From NCBI GenBank assembly GCA_013298595.1, contig JAAFIG010000006.1, forward strand, positions 66,017-130,016: a stretch of 64,000 nt of DNA. Direction: 5' to 3'. Positions 26,701-35,773 of this stretch are shown here, in pieces (position 1 is the first letter of the stretch; the number at the start of each line of letters is the position of its first letter). This DNA comes from Deinococcales bacterium (lineage in GTDB: Bacteria; Deinococcota; Deinococci; Deinococcales; JAAFIG01). Position numbers and translations under genes: made by a program. A model generated the notes under the pieces. That model saw only the letters and a program-made list of their open reading frames with translations. It ran no database searches and had not been told where the DNA came from.

Positions 26701-27484
26701 TCCAAAAAAAACCACTGCTACCTTCTGTCCAAGTTGCCACAATCACAAAACGATCTGGGTTGTTAGCACTGGTCCAGGTCACAGGTAGTGTGTTTGCCAC
26801 GTTCAGAGTTGCACCTGCGGCAGGTGCGGTCATGACTGGAGATTCAGGAACTTTATCATAACCATACGCAAGGCAGTCTCCGTCGGCAGTCAAAATTTCG
26901 ACGTTGGTACCCACAGCTAAAGCGGCAGGTAGATTACCTTGGTAAATGTTGCTCGAGCCAACAAATGGAATGGTTGTGCCAAGGACTTTGACTGTGGCTG
27001 TGGTCAGGTTTGCGATGCCTTTGGTCAAACGAATATTTTGAGATAACTTACCCATGTCTGTGCCTTCGACTTTGTGCCGTTCACAAACCACGGGACGGCT
27101 TGGCGCAGTTGGACTGAGAATGCCTTCACCAATGGCGGCAATAGCACTGACCGAGAAATTCCAGACTTTGGATTTATCCACGTTTTTGACAACAAATTGA
27201 ACGGGTCTAAAACCAACCAAAACTGTTTCTTGTAATCTTGCTCGAGAAGCAGGTGTAATCGGTGCGCTATTGACTTTGACACCATCTTGATAAACGTTAT
27301 AGCCAGTCACTCGAGTGTCATCTACGGCATCCCAAATGACAGTTACGTCTTTGTCGTCTGGTATTGCTCGAACATTTTGTGGGGCTGCCACAGGCAGAAC
27401 GGGTGGGGCTTGATTACAACTGGCGAGTAATGCCATAACGGTCAGACCAGCGGTGCGTAACATCCATTGTGTACCTTTTTTCAT
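23783..27484 (-). CDS. Large multidomain lipoprotein: FN3-like, Ig-like, two VWD-like domains, CARDB-like, and a C-terminal alpha/beta domain
   Basis: Has a lipobox (LLASC). The motif GVSWGDPHLITFDQ.G.EFQAVGE.DL occurs twice, followed each time by KGLLGN.DG...N.. and ANSW(K/R)(I/V)PS, matching VWD-domain landmarks. Confidence 0.8.
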   Translation of the reverse strand: MKKGTQWMLRTAGLTVMALLASCNQAPPVLPVAAPQNVRAIPDDKDVTVIWDAVDDTRVTGYNVYQDGVKVNSAPITPASRARLQETVLVGFRPVQFVVKNVDKSKVWNFSVSAIAAIGEGILSPTAPSRPVVCERHKVEGTDMGKLSQNIRLTKGIANLTTATVKVLGTTIPFVGSSNIYQGNLPAALAVGTNVEILTADGDCLAYGYDKVPESPVMTAPAAGATLNVANTLPVTWTSANNPDRFVIVATWTEGSSGFFWKSADLLGTARAFSVPANTLPADKTVKIRVYAYNDGTETFIGAAAPGSKMAIRNGDEAGKDISTTVTPPAVAANPGVSWGDPHLITFDQIGYEFQAVGEYDLGFSSDNRLRVQARHQPWGGSSYVSVNTAVATQMNGQKVGLYLNPPAGQSPLRVGNAGTRTVVPAAGLDLGAGYKIFQTGTTYKFEYPDGDFMKVEMNGSYLNIRVFPVLTRANTMKGLLGNFDGTLTNEFIKRDGGVIPPLTTLALIQEYANSWKIPSVADSLFVYDGTEAFGGFDNSSFPSATPPADPAAFAAAQAECTAAGVQPKNINGCATDKTQTGDTGFVTSAAAIQQPADVIPVTPTPPTSTLPGVSWGDPHLITFDQSGVEFQAVGEFDLGYSSDSQLRVQARQRPWGTSTSVSVNTAIATRMNGKKVGLYLSPVGVSPLRIDDAGIRTNVPSGGLDLGAGNTITQSGATYTLRFPTGDKIEVVVGGSYINTQIFPAVSRAGTMKGLLGNMDGNTTNDIFLRDGSAVTPFNTSTFYGAYANSWRVPSLADSLFVYDSSESFGGFDDSTFPRAAAPIDPGVLATARTTCETAGVAARNLEECAADVAITGDTNFATGAATVPNPVGDTVIPPAPKPDLIVDGVRLALGSVCRPYNTFVSGTVTVKNIGNAPALARSDVGVVQLVDARDELLGAGSRGNGVGIPEIPAGGSATINVDVFYPITTPEDTEGVRSYVARVDIGNWYDESNETNNRFATIMQIDIPAGHCKNKVALIHGADASAADVYQANLKLKGMRVTKLPLSGLNANNADTAVMGYDLVAIDPKTYVSSYVWEGAAGVASQIGKAGKPMLGLGFGGSVFFEALQGGTSPIDWGSSWIITTLQQIREFTVVNAAHPAIVGPFPLTIAGGKVQISDVDQTYTAAYMPIIPSGVVGIGRDSSILMTSSDHYSVAYNSNNRTATWGFNGTPNYTNNGWNALANLAWFMLP
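24806..26467 (-). repeat. Internal tandem duplication, 2 x about 831 nt (277 codons), encoding the two VWD-like modules
   Basis: The GDPH codons lie at 26456-26467 and 25625-25636, exactly 831 nt apart. Flanking DNA is visibly similar (for example ...ggaattc...atcaggtg.gggtcgcccca...). The unit borders are approximate. Confidence 0.7.
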
Positions 27485-27743
27485 ATGTGTTGCCTCCTTG
27501 AACTTGAACTATTTGGCTTACGAACTCGAGCTTAGACGGGGGGGCGTGAAAAGAGCGTCAAAACTTTTTTATGTCCACGTGCTTGAACCTCCTTAGAACT
27601 TGATGGCTATAAGGTAGTCCCACCCCCCTGAAAGCACCCTGAACAAAAGTAATTCGTTAAATACGAATTAAATAACTATGCGCTAAAAATTGGGGGCATA
27701 AAAAATCGGAAAACCAATTGGTTTTCCGATGCAATAAAAAGCA

Positions 27744-27769
27744 GGACAGACACAGGGGTCTGTCCCTAC
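27744..27769 (-). repeat. REP-like element (minus-strand reading GTAGGGACAGACccctgtGTCTGTCC)
   Basis: Lies just downstream of the amine oxidase stop. Confidence 0.6.
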
Positions 27770-27793
27770 AAGATTATTATGCTTTCCTAGATT

Positions 27794-29185
27794 TTACGCG
27801 TGTTCTCGAGGTTCAGGGTGTTGTTCTTCTTTAATTTTGCCTTTCTCAAGGCTTTTTTGCACTTCTTGCGCGGCTCGTTCACCTGCTTCGATTGCTCCTT
27901 CAACGTAACCGTAGTACCAAACTGCCGTTTCTGTACCTGCAAAATGAATTCTGCCGAGTGGTTGGCGTAATTCATCAAAGCCGTTGGTCATGACTCCTGG
28001 AGGTGCATAGCATTGATAACCGCCGCCAATGAAGGGTTCGGTCATCCAATCGTGATCAAAATAATCCCGTGGGTAGAGGGCTTCATCGCCGTAAATCATG
28101 GCAAGATTCTCGAGCACAGCTCGGCGGCGGGTTCCTGCTGGGCGGTCTGACCAGAACACGGCATCATCACCACCGATAAAGGCAACAAGGGCGGGGTGTT
28201 TATCATCAACACTCGAGGCATCCATGGCATGATCAAAAATCAGATCGTCAGGGTCTACGGCTTTTAAGGTTTGTGTACGCCAGAATGGTCGGTCATAAAT
28301 CGCAAAACATTTAATTACACTGCCCATCTCGAGTCGTTGCATCAGTTTCATGCGTCGGCGCGGCAGAACTGGGTCAAAATCAATACGTTGGGCTTGATTG
28401 GGTGGGATGGCTAGAATCACATGCTTAGCACTGACATTAAAACCTTCAGCAATGACTCGCACACCGATATCTGAGTGCTCAATTTCGTAAGCTTGGGTAT
28501 CCAAATGTACTCGAGTACCAAATTTATCGGCTAGACGCGTACAAATGGTTTGCATACCTTCGCGTAAACGCAGCGTATGATTCCCACCATCGAGGTCTAT
28601 TAAATCTTCAAAACCACCCGCACTTCGCACACTGTACAATAAAAACAGCATCGAAAAATCTTTGGGTTCGATGGTGTACTCGGTACGAATGAGTTGATCA
28701 AATAAATGCCGTAAATATTCCGACTCGAGATTCTGGCGTTTCCATTCTTCAACACTCATCACATCGAGTTCCGAGGCATTAGGTGTTTCGGCTGGGTGTT
28801 CGACATTGACTTGATCCACTAACCATGAGATTTTTGCGGTGTACCACGCCCATTCAGCTTGGGTTAATTGATCCATGCTCGAGAGTGGCTGGGCACTTAA
28901 ATCCATGCGCCCTGTTTCTTTTTGCGAGAAGGTGGTTAAACCCAATTCCTCGACTAAACGTGTAACTCGCCACATCTCCGGACCAAGCCATTGAGCGCCC
29001 ATATCAAAAGCTGTGCCATCAGGCAAAACTTTTGTTAACAATCGCCCACCAACTCTGGGAGCAGCCTCGAGAATGATGACATCTAAACCAGCTTCGATCA
29101 GCTTATGGGCTGCGACCAAACCTGATATTCCCGCACCGACAATCACCGCGTCTGTGGTGATTTCTTGCGATGGCATACGTTTCAC
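27794..29185 (-). CDS. FAD-dependent amine oxidase (flavin monoamine oxidase family)
   Basis: VIVGAGISGLVAAHKL...ILEAAPRVGGR dinucleotide-binding motif and a C-terminal FAGTET motif. Confidence 0.85.
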   Translation of the reverse strand: MKRMPSQEITTDAVIVGAGISGLVAAHKLIEAGLDVIILEAAPRVGGRLLTKVLPDGTAFDMGAQWLGPEMWRVTRLVEELGLTTFSQKETGRMDLSAQPLSSMDQLTQAEWAWYTAKISWLVDQVNVEHPAETPNASELDVMSVEEWKRQNLESEYLRHLFDQLIRTEYTIEPKDFSMLFLLYSVRSAGGFEDLIDLDGGNHTLRLREGMQTICTRLADKFGTRVHLDTQAYEIEHSDIGVRVIAEGFNVSAKHVILAIPPNQAQRIDFDPVLPRRRMKLMQRLEMGSVIKCFAIYDRPFWRTQTLKAVDPDDLIFDHAMDASSVDDKHPALVAFIGGDDAVFWSDRPAGTRRRAVLENLAMIYGDEALYPRDYFDHDWMTEPFIGGGYQCYAPPGVMTNGFDELRQPLGRIHFAGTETAVWYYGYVEGAIEAGERAAQEVQKSLEKGKIKEEQHPEPREHA

Positions 29186-29491
29186 ATCTCCTTAGAACTC
29201 GTTTGAGTTGCTCTATGATACGCGTTACTCTATAAAAACAGCAACCACCTCTGTAAATCCTACTCAAATTTTGATTTGACAACCATCATGCCTGATATGA
29301 ATTAAGTACTTCCTGTTTTTGTTTGACTGTTCTGTGGTCAAACAAAAACCGACGAAAGGGAGTAAGGATGATGTATCTCACACGAAATTCCAGAGTTTTG
29401 GGCTTTTGGCAGAACGGCGGAATGCAGTTGTGAGATACTTGGTATCAGGCAATTGTTGCATGGTTTGCTAAAATCTTTGTAGATAATAAGA

Positions 29492-30052
29492 TTACGTATT
29501 CAATACACCTTTGTAAATAGCTGCTAAAGGTTGCTGAAATTGGACACAAGGAATCTCGAGGGTATCATTTTCCTCGAGCACTTCATAACGCCAAGTATTG
29601 TCTGATAAACGCTTGTACACTTCGGCACGAACAGTGTCTTGTGCCAGTAAAACATAGGTTTGTAGCGTTGCAATCGTTCGGTAACGCAGTAATTTCTCGC
29701 CTCGGTCTACAGGTTCGGTACTATCTGATAAAACTTCGATGATACTGCATGGGTTTTGAAAAAACCGTCTTTCGGCTTTGTTTTCGTTGCAAGACACCAT
29801 CACATCGGGGTAGTAGTAAACATCGCCGATTTGCAATTTCACATCGGAAGTGACAACTTTGCATTCAGTATTTTCACTGCTCTCTAAGAGTTTGGCGGCT
29901 AAACGCAAGGCAATTTGTGCGTGTTGTACAGTTCCACCTGCCATCATAAAAATACTACCATCTACAAATTCATGGCGCTGCAAAGCAGTTTCCTCAAAAT
30001 GCAGGTACTCCTCAACACTTGCTTGCCGAATTTTATCTAAAGCACGTGGCAT
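29492..30052 (-). CDS. Uma2-family (DUF820) putative endonuclease
   Basis: 186 aa. EFVDG...PDV...EVLS spacing is typical of the Uma2/PD-(D/E)xK-like family. Confidence 0.7.
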   Translation of the reverse strand: MPRALDKIRQASVEEYLHFEETALQRHEFVDGSIFMMAGGTVQHAQIALRLAAKLLESSENTECKVVTSDVKLQIGDVYYYPDVMVSCNENKAERRFFQNPCSIIEVLSDSTEPVDRGEKLLRYRTIATLQTYVLLAQDTVRAEVYKRLSDNTWRYEVLEENDTLEIPCVQFQQPLAAIYKGVLNT

Positions 30053-30095
30053 GACTGGTATCGTACATCAATTCTTCTCGAGGCTCGAGATGGGG

Positions 30096-31169
30096 TTATT
30101 TTTGAACCATTAAAACCTTGAAACCACGTTCTCGAGTAATCAGTTCTGCGTTACCCAGTTGCATCATGGCAGCTTCATAAGGCAAGAAGTGATTTGCCAC
30201 TAACCAAATTTGGCTTCCTGCATGACTATGGCGTTTAGCAGCAGCAATAAACTCGAGGGCAACGTCGAGGCGAAGGTCACGTCCAACATGAAATGGTGGG
30301 TTCATGACAATCATATCAAAAGTGCTTTTGGCACCTAAGTTCGAGTCCACATCGGAGTGCAACACGGTGCCGCTCAGGTGATTAGCCGCCAAAGTATCGG
30401 TAGCACTTTGTACGCTAAGCACATCGTCCTCGAGCATGGTGACTATGGCACCTTCAAGGGCTAAGAACCCTGAAAGCACACCATACCCCGCACCAATGTC
30501 CAGAACTGTTTTGCCTGCGCCATTCGGTAAATGCTCGAGCAGCAAAGCACTGGCAGCATCGAGTTTACCCGAAGCAAATGTACCAGCGTGTGCCACAGCT
30601 TGTAATTGCTGTCCTCGAGCTTCGACCATAAATTTTTGTGGCTCGAGGGCTGCTGGTTTAGTCGTATTGGTTTTCTCGAGTTTGGCAACTCGAAAGCCTT
30701 TACCTCGAGCAATGATTTCGCCATCTCCAAAGAGTTTTATGGCTTCTTTGCAGTACCGATCAAAACCTTTGTCTTTGTCACCTGCTAAAAATGCAGTACC
30801 ACCATCTTTGGTGGTCTGAAAGGCTTGAAGAATAATCTGCTGCACTCTGGCATTGCCACGTTCACCATTGAGAATCGCCACAGTGATATCCGCATTTTCC
30901 AGCGTTCCAATGGTTAATTTGGTTTTTGCTAGGCAAGAAATTGCAGCTGCACTCGAGTCGGTGGCGCTCACACTTAAACCTTTGGCTTGTAATGCCAATG
31001 CGACCGCGCCACCTCTGGCACTTACATCTGCAACAGAACCTGTTAATTTCAAATCCTCGAGTGTTTCCAGTAGTAACACTTGTGCGTATTCGAGGTACGG
31101 ATAACCTGCAATACCTGCTTTGGTTAGTGCACCATTCTCAAGGGTTTTAGGTTCAAAATAAGTTGTCAT
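30096..31169 (-). CDS. Class I SAM-dependent methyltransferase with a two-lobed RsmC/RlmG-like architecture
   Basis: FASGKLDAASALLLEHLP...VLDIGAGYGVLS (SAM motif I) and MNPPFH (motif IV). The ATG overlaps the mutS TGA (ATGA). Confidence 0.75.
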   Translation of the reverse strand: MTTYFEPKTLENGALTKAGIAGYPYLEYAQVLLLETLEDLKLTGSVADVSARGGAVALALQAKGLSVSATDSSAAAISCLAKTKLTIGTLENADITVAILNGERGNARVQQIILQAFQTTKDGGTAFLAGDKDKGFDRYCKEAIKLFGDGEIIARGKGFRVAKLEKTNTTKPAALEPQKFMVEARGQQLQAVAHAGTFASGKLDAASALLLEHLPNGAGKTVLDIGAGYGVLSGFLALEGAIVTMLEDDVLSVQSATDTLAANHLSGTVLHSDVDSNLGAKSTFDMIVMNPPFHVGRDLRLDVALEFIAAAKRHSHAGSQIWLVANHFLPYEAAMMQLGNAELITRERGFKVLMVQK

Positions 31170-33691
31170 AATGTACTCCGTAATTGACTTTGTAATTGCT
31201 CAAGAATTTTCAGAGCATCCAACGGGGTTAAACGAGCAATATCCAACTCGAGAATCTGAGCACTGGTTTGCATGGCAATATCTTCGGATTGTTGTTCTAA
31301 GGCTTGTAAAATACTGTTAGCTCGAGTGGTCACAGCGGGTGGTAAACCAGCCAGTTGTGCCACATGCACACCATAACTTTTACTCGCAGCCCCAGGCATA
31401 ACTTGATGATAAAACCGCAATCCATTCTGGGCTTCTTCTTCGGCAGCCACATGTAAATTACTGATACCCGATAAGGTTGTCTCGAGCTTTGTTAATTCAA
31501 AGTAATGCGTGGCAAACAAAACAGCAGCCTTGGTTTGGGATAGAAATTCTATGGCTGCTTGGGCAATTGCCAGTCCGTCATAGGTACCTGTGCCGCGTCC
31601 AATTTCATCAAGAATCACAAGGCTGTTGGCAGTCACACCATGCAAAATATGGGCAAGTTCGCGCATTTCGACCATAAAAGTACTGGCACCACCTGCCAGA
31701 TCATCCGAAGCTCCAATACGAGTAAAAATACGATCAAAAATTCGCAGTTGTGCGCTTTGGGCAGGCACAAAAGAACCAATTTGTGCCAACAAAACAACCA
31801 ACGCCGTTTGGCGCAAAAACGTGCTTTTGCCACTCATATTCGGACCCGTAATGAGTTGGATTCGGCTCGAGTTAGACAGGGTAATATCATTAGGCACAAA
31901 ATTGTCTAAGGTTGTTTCAACCACAGCATGACGAGCTTGTACCACCCTGACTTCACCTGACTCGAGGATGGTTGGTAAAACATACCCTCGGTTAGCTGCA
32001 ATATCGGCAAGGTTTGCTAAGACATCCAAATCGGCAAGGGCACTGGAAAGCAGTTGTAAACGTTCAGTATGGTTCGTCAGTTGCGCTCGTAACTCGAGAA
32101 AAACGGTGTATTCTCTGGCTTGGGCGCGTTCTTCGGAATGCAGCACTTCACGTTCTTTTTCTCGTAAATCTTGGCGAGTAAAACGCATTCGGTCTTTCAG
32201 AGTAGCAACCGCTCGGTAATCATCTGGAACAAGGTGTTTATGGGCATTGGTGATCTCGAGGTAATAACCAAAAATATTATTAAAGCCAACTTTTAAGCTG
32301 TTAATACCAGTTCGCACCCGTTCTGAAGTCTCGAGATGAGCAATCCATGTTCTACCCTCAAGTGCTCTGGCACGGCATTCATCAAGTTCGGCATCGAAGC
32401 CATCGCGGATAAAACCGCCTTCGGTTAAACGCAGTGGCGGGGTTTCGATTAAGGCTGCTCGAATAATTTTGGCAGCGTTGGCAATCGGGTCTAAACGGGT
32501 TTGTAAATCGCGCAGCAACCTTGCATCCAAAGGTTCAAGTAAAACTTTTAATTCTGGTATTAACTCGAGGGTTCGTAACAAAGCATTAAAATCTCTGGCA
32601 TTAGCCCGTTGCATTGCCACTCTGGTAGCAAGTCGCTCGAGGTCATGAGCATGATGCAAAGCCGCCCGAATACTTTTACGACTTTCGGAATCACGGTGCA
32701 AAACACTGACCGCCTCGAGCCGTTCAGCAATCAAATGAGCATCTAATAATGGTGCTCTCAACCAAGCTTTTAAGCGCCGTCGCCCAGGAGCTGTGCGAGT
32801 ATCGTTTAATGCACCAAACAATGTGGCACTTTCAGGGGCTGTAGGCGATAACGGCGTAAAAACCTCGAGTGCTCGCAATGCCGCTTCATCTAAACGCATA
32901 TGCGCTCCAGGGTCGTACCGTTGCACCCGCCGCACTGCTGGCAAATTGGTATGCTCGAGGACTTTACTGGCATAAGCCAGCACTGCCCCACAAACCCGTT
33001 GCAAAGCCGTGGTCTCGAGCATTGTAGGCGCAGAACCAAATTGTACTGTCAAAGCAGCAATGGCATCGGACAAAGCAAAACTGGCACTTGAACGCATAAT
33101 TGGGAATCTGGCATTAAATTCCTGCATAAACGTAGCATTGTCCTCGAGTTCAGGAGCCAGTAAAACCTCGGCTGGTCGGTACCGCGATAATTCATCGTAT
33201 AATGCCCCTCGGCTTGAAACTTGGCAACAGCGAAATTCACCAGTACTCACATCGAGTAATGCCAGCGCGTACCCATCACCAGAAGCAACACTGGCAAGAA
33301 AATTTTCTTCACCCCGTAAAATATCCTCGAGCGCCACTGTGCCAGGAGTAATAATTTGTGTCACAGCCCGTTCGACCAAACCTTTGGCTGTACTTGGGTC
33401 TTCAACTTGTTCTGCCACTGCAATACGCTGCCCAAGTTTGAGTAAACGCTCGATATGGGTTTCGGCAGCTCTGACAGGAATACCTGCCATTGGCGTGGAA
33501 AAATCCTTAGATTGCTTATGGGTTAAAGTGATATTGAGTAACCTCGAGAGGCGTTCGGCATCCTCACCAAAAGCTTCAAAAAAATCACCCACCTGAAATA
33601 ACAACACATACTCTGCGTACTGATCACGCAACCGCACATACTGCTCGAGCAGTGGCGGCAAAATACCTGAACCTGTTCCCTTCAACGACAT
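31166..33691 (-). CDS. mutS: DNA mismatch repair protein MutS
   Basis: The N-terminal mismatch-binding domain contains GDFFE. Also present are Walker A (GPNMSGKST), DEIGRGT and STFMVEM. Confidence 0.95.
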   Translation of the reverse strand: MSLKGTGSGILPPLLEQYVRLRDQYAEYVLLFQVGDFFEAFGEDAERLSRLLNITLTHKQSKDFSTPMAGIPVRAAETHIERLLKLGQRIAVAEQVEDPSTAKGLVERAVTQIITPGTVALEDILRGEENFLASVASGDGYALALLDVSTGEFRCCQVSSRGALYDELSRYRPAEVLLAPELEDNATFMQEFNARFPIMRSSASFALSDAIAALTVQFGSAPTMLETTALQRVCGAVLAYASKVLEHTNLPAVRRVQRYDPGAHMRLDEAALRALEVFTPLSPTAPESATLFGALNDTRTAPGRRRLKAWLRAPLLDAHLIAERLEAVSVLHRDSESRKSIRAALHHAHDLERLATRVAMQRANARDFNALLRTLELIPELKVLLEPLDARLLRDLQTRLDPIANAAKIIRAALIETPPLRLTEGGFIRDGFDAELDECRARALEGRTWIAHLETSERVRTGINSLKVGFNNIFGYYLEITNAHKHLVPDDYRAVATLKDRMRFTRQDLREKEREVLHSEERAQAREYTVFLELRAQLTNHTERLQLLSSALADLDVLANLADIAANRGYVLPTILESGEVRVVQARHAVVETTLDNFVPNDITLSNSSRIQLITGPNMSGKSTFLRQTALVVLLAQIGSFVPAQSAQLRIFDRIFTRIGASDDLAGGASTFMVEMRELAHILHGVTANSLVILDEIGRGTGTYDGLAIAQAAIEFLSQTKAAVLFATHYFELTKLETTLSGISNLHVAAEEEAQNGLRFYHQVMPGAASKSYGVHVAQLAGLPPAVTTRANSILQALEQQSEDIAMQTSAQILELDIARLTPLDALKILEQLQSQLRSTL

Positions 33692-33724
33692 CAGGCGATT
33701 ATGACAGGTTTTCTTGAGGATAGG

Positions 33725-34603
33725 TTAGCTTGCCTGAGGTTTTTTTGCCATTGGTAACATATTGTTAATTAAACCAACACCACTAAAAATAATTGCACAC
33801 GCCAAAACTTTCTCGAGGGTAATACTTTCTCCCAGAAAAATTCGACTCCAAATCATGCCAAAAATTGGCACAATCAACGTGACCGTACTAGCTTGCACCG
33901 CGCCAACATCGAGAATTAAACGAAAATACAAAATATACGCCACCGCTGTACAGATCAATGCCAAAGCCACCACACAAAGCACCACTCGCAAATCTGGCAC
34001 AGCTCGAGGTAAATCGAAGGGCAATGCAAAAGCCAAAACCACACTCGAAGCAATTTGCGAACCCACCGCTGCTCCAAGCGGTGCACCTGCTAAAAACGTT
34101 TTAGCAAGATTGCTCGCTAAACCATAAAAAAATGTGGCTGTCAGCATTGCCAGAATACTTAACGTGGTTTGTAAACTTGGCTCGAGTGGCGACCAACCCA
34201 CCAGCACAGCCACACCTACAATACCAAGCAGTAAACCCAACCCTCGAGACAACGTAAACTGCCCTTTGAAAAACACCATACCAACTACCACACTCCACAT
34301 TGGCGTTGTCGCATTGAGAATTGCCGCCATCGAAGCAGTTAATTTTAATTGAGCAAAAGCAATCAAAGCAAAAGGCAAACCGCTATTTAACACACCAACA
34401 ATGCCATACCAACGCCAACGATGAACCTCGAGATTAGCTTTAGAAAACACAGCAAAAACCAGTAAAGCCAACCCAGCCAGCAAAACTCGAGTTTCGGCTG
34501 TCCAGATAGCGCCTAACACAGGCGCAATGATTCGATAAAAAATAAAACTTGCGCCCCAAATAGCCGATAACAACAACAAGCGCAACCAATCAGCTTGTTT
34601 CAT
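33725..34603 (-). CDS. EamA/DMT-family transporter
   Basis: About 10 TM segments arranged as a duplicated EamA pattern. Confidence 0.8.
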   Translation of the reverse strand: MKQADWLRLLLLSAIWGASFIFYRIIAPVLGAIWTAETRVLLAGLALLVFAVFSKANLEVHRWRWYGIVGVLNSGLPFALIAFAQLKLTASMAAILNATTPMWSVVVGMVFFKGQFTLSRGLGLLLGIVGVAVLVGWSPLEPSLQTTLSILAMLTATFFYGLASNLAKTFLAGAPLGAAVGSQIASSVVLAFALPFDLPRAVPDLRVVLCVVALALICTAVAYILYFRLILDVGAVQASTVTLIVPIFGMIWSRIFLGESITLEKVLACAIIFSGVGLINNMLPMAKKPQAS

Positions 34604-35112
34604 AAAAACAACCCACTTTGTACAGGTGAACGTTCATGCTCAAGCAACCAGCGTTTGCGCTCCAAACCACCCGCGTACCCTGTTAAATTGCCATTCGAGC
34701 CAATCACTCGATGACACGGCAAGACCAAACTAATCGGATTTAAACCATTGGTCATGCCAACCGCTCGTACCGCCGCAGGCTGACCAATAAACCGTGCTAA
34801 CTCGAGATAACTCCACGTTTGCCCAATTGGAATTTGTAACAAACCCTGCCAAACAGCTTGCTGAAATACTGTGCCACCCGTATCCGTGGGGATACCATGC
34901 AAAGCCTCGAGCTGCCCAGCGAAATAATCTGCCACCATTTGCGTCCACGGCAAAACCCGAGGTCGTAATGTAAACCCACCAAAGCGTTTCTCGAGCAATA
35001 ACTTAATCCGTGCTGAGTTATCCGCAAAATCCAGTAACACCACAGCTTTTTCGTGCGCGACAAGCTGCACCACACCCAATGGCGTCTCGAGCGAATCCGT
35101 CAGTAATTCCAT
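34600..35112 (-). CDS. ogt: Methylated-DNA--protein-cysteine methyltransferase
   Basis: The active-site motif PCHRV is preceded by the helix-turn-helix region ...SYLELARFIGQPAAVRAVG. Confidence 0.85.
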   Translation of the reverse strand: MELLTDSLETPLGVVQLVAHEKAVVLLDFADNSARIKLLLEKRFGGFTLRPRVLPWTQMVADYFAGQLEALHGIPTDTGGTVFQQAVWQGLLQIPIGQTWSYLELARFIGQPAAVRAVGMTNGLNPISLVLPCHRVIGSNGNLTGYAGGLERKRWLLEHERSPVQSGLFL

Positions 35113-35195
35113 AAACCCATTCTGACCTTTTTATACCACCAATACCATCCAGAACTTGTTAGGCAATTCGCACCGAGTTTGCTACACTAACCCCC

Positions 35196-35525
35196 ATGAA
35201 ACTAATCGTCGTGATCGTCCAAGACACCGACGCAAACGCCCTCATCAAAGCGTTAAGCAAAGAACGGCTCGAGGTCACCAAACTTGCCAGCACAGGCGGC
35301 TTCCTACGCGAAGGCAACACCACCCTCTTAATCGGCGTTGAAGAAGAACGCCTCGAGACTGTCAAAACCATTGTTAAAGAAACTTGCCGCTCGAGAAAAC
35401 GCCTTGTCATGCCCACCGCACCCGTCGCTGAGCAACCCGAACCACTGCTCTCCGAACCAGTCGAAGTACCCGTGGGAGGCGCTATTGCCTTTGTGGTCAA
35501 CATCGAAGAAACATTTAAAGTCTAA
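35196..35525 (+). CDS. PII-like YaaQ/DarA-family protein (putative cyclic-di-AMP receptor, DUF970)
   Basis: 109 aa. MKLIVVIVQDTDANALIKAL...VTKLASTGGFLREGNTTLLIGV matches my recollection of the YaaQ family pattern. Confidence 0.7.
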   Translation: MKLIVVIVQDTDANALIKALSKERLEVTKLASTGGFLREGNTTLLIGVEEERLETVKTIVKETCRSRKRLVMPTAPVAEQPEPLLSEPVEVPVGGAIAFVVNIEETFKV

Positions 35526-35748
35526 ACTCGAGCCAAAAACGCGGGCTTTCGCTCATATCTGGCTTCTTGACCCTAACAGCGGCATCTCACAGTCTTGGGG
35601 CGCTTGAACCTTTTTTGTTTGGAAAACGACAGGGCAAACCGAACAACCCTCTCCCGCACTTTTTGGCGACACAATAGATCGAGAAAAGCTCGTGGAAAAT
35701 AGATAAATACGTTTTGGCAAGGGAGGGGACAAGCCCCAACATTGGCAT

Positions 35749-35773
35749 GTAGGGGCGACCCTTGTGGTCGCCC
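35749..35773 (+). repeat. REP-like element GTAGGGGCGACCcttgtGGTCGCCC
   Basis: Lies in the 305-bp spacer between the YaaQ-like and EF-G-like genes. Confidence 0.7.

Noticed and set aside
27485-27793. Possible small gene or riboswitch in the 309-bp spacer upstream of the VWD lipoprotein gene
   Set aside because: Only terminator-like hairpins for the upstream amine oxidase were seen (cggaaaacc-aatt-ggttttccg at about 27705-27726, plus the REP-like element at 27744-27769), together with short AT-rich repeats. I could see no ORF with a ribosome-binding site and no recognisable RNA motif.
30096-31169. The methyltransferase coupled to mutS as the enzyme behind the CTCGAG phenomenon (a methylation plus mismatch-repair link)
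   Set aside because: Its two-lobed layout, its ~357-aa size, and the FASGKLD...VLDIGAGYG...MNPPFH motifs are those of RsmC/RlmG-type rRNA m2G methyltransferases. I see no target-recognition domain typical of DNA methyltransferases. The adjacency to mutS is noted, but I do not treat it as evidence.
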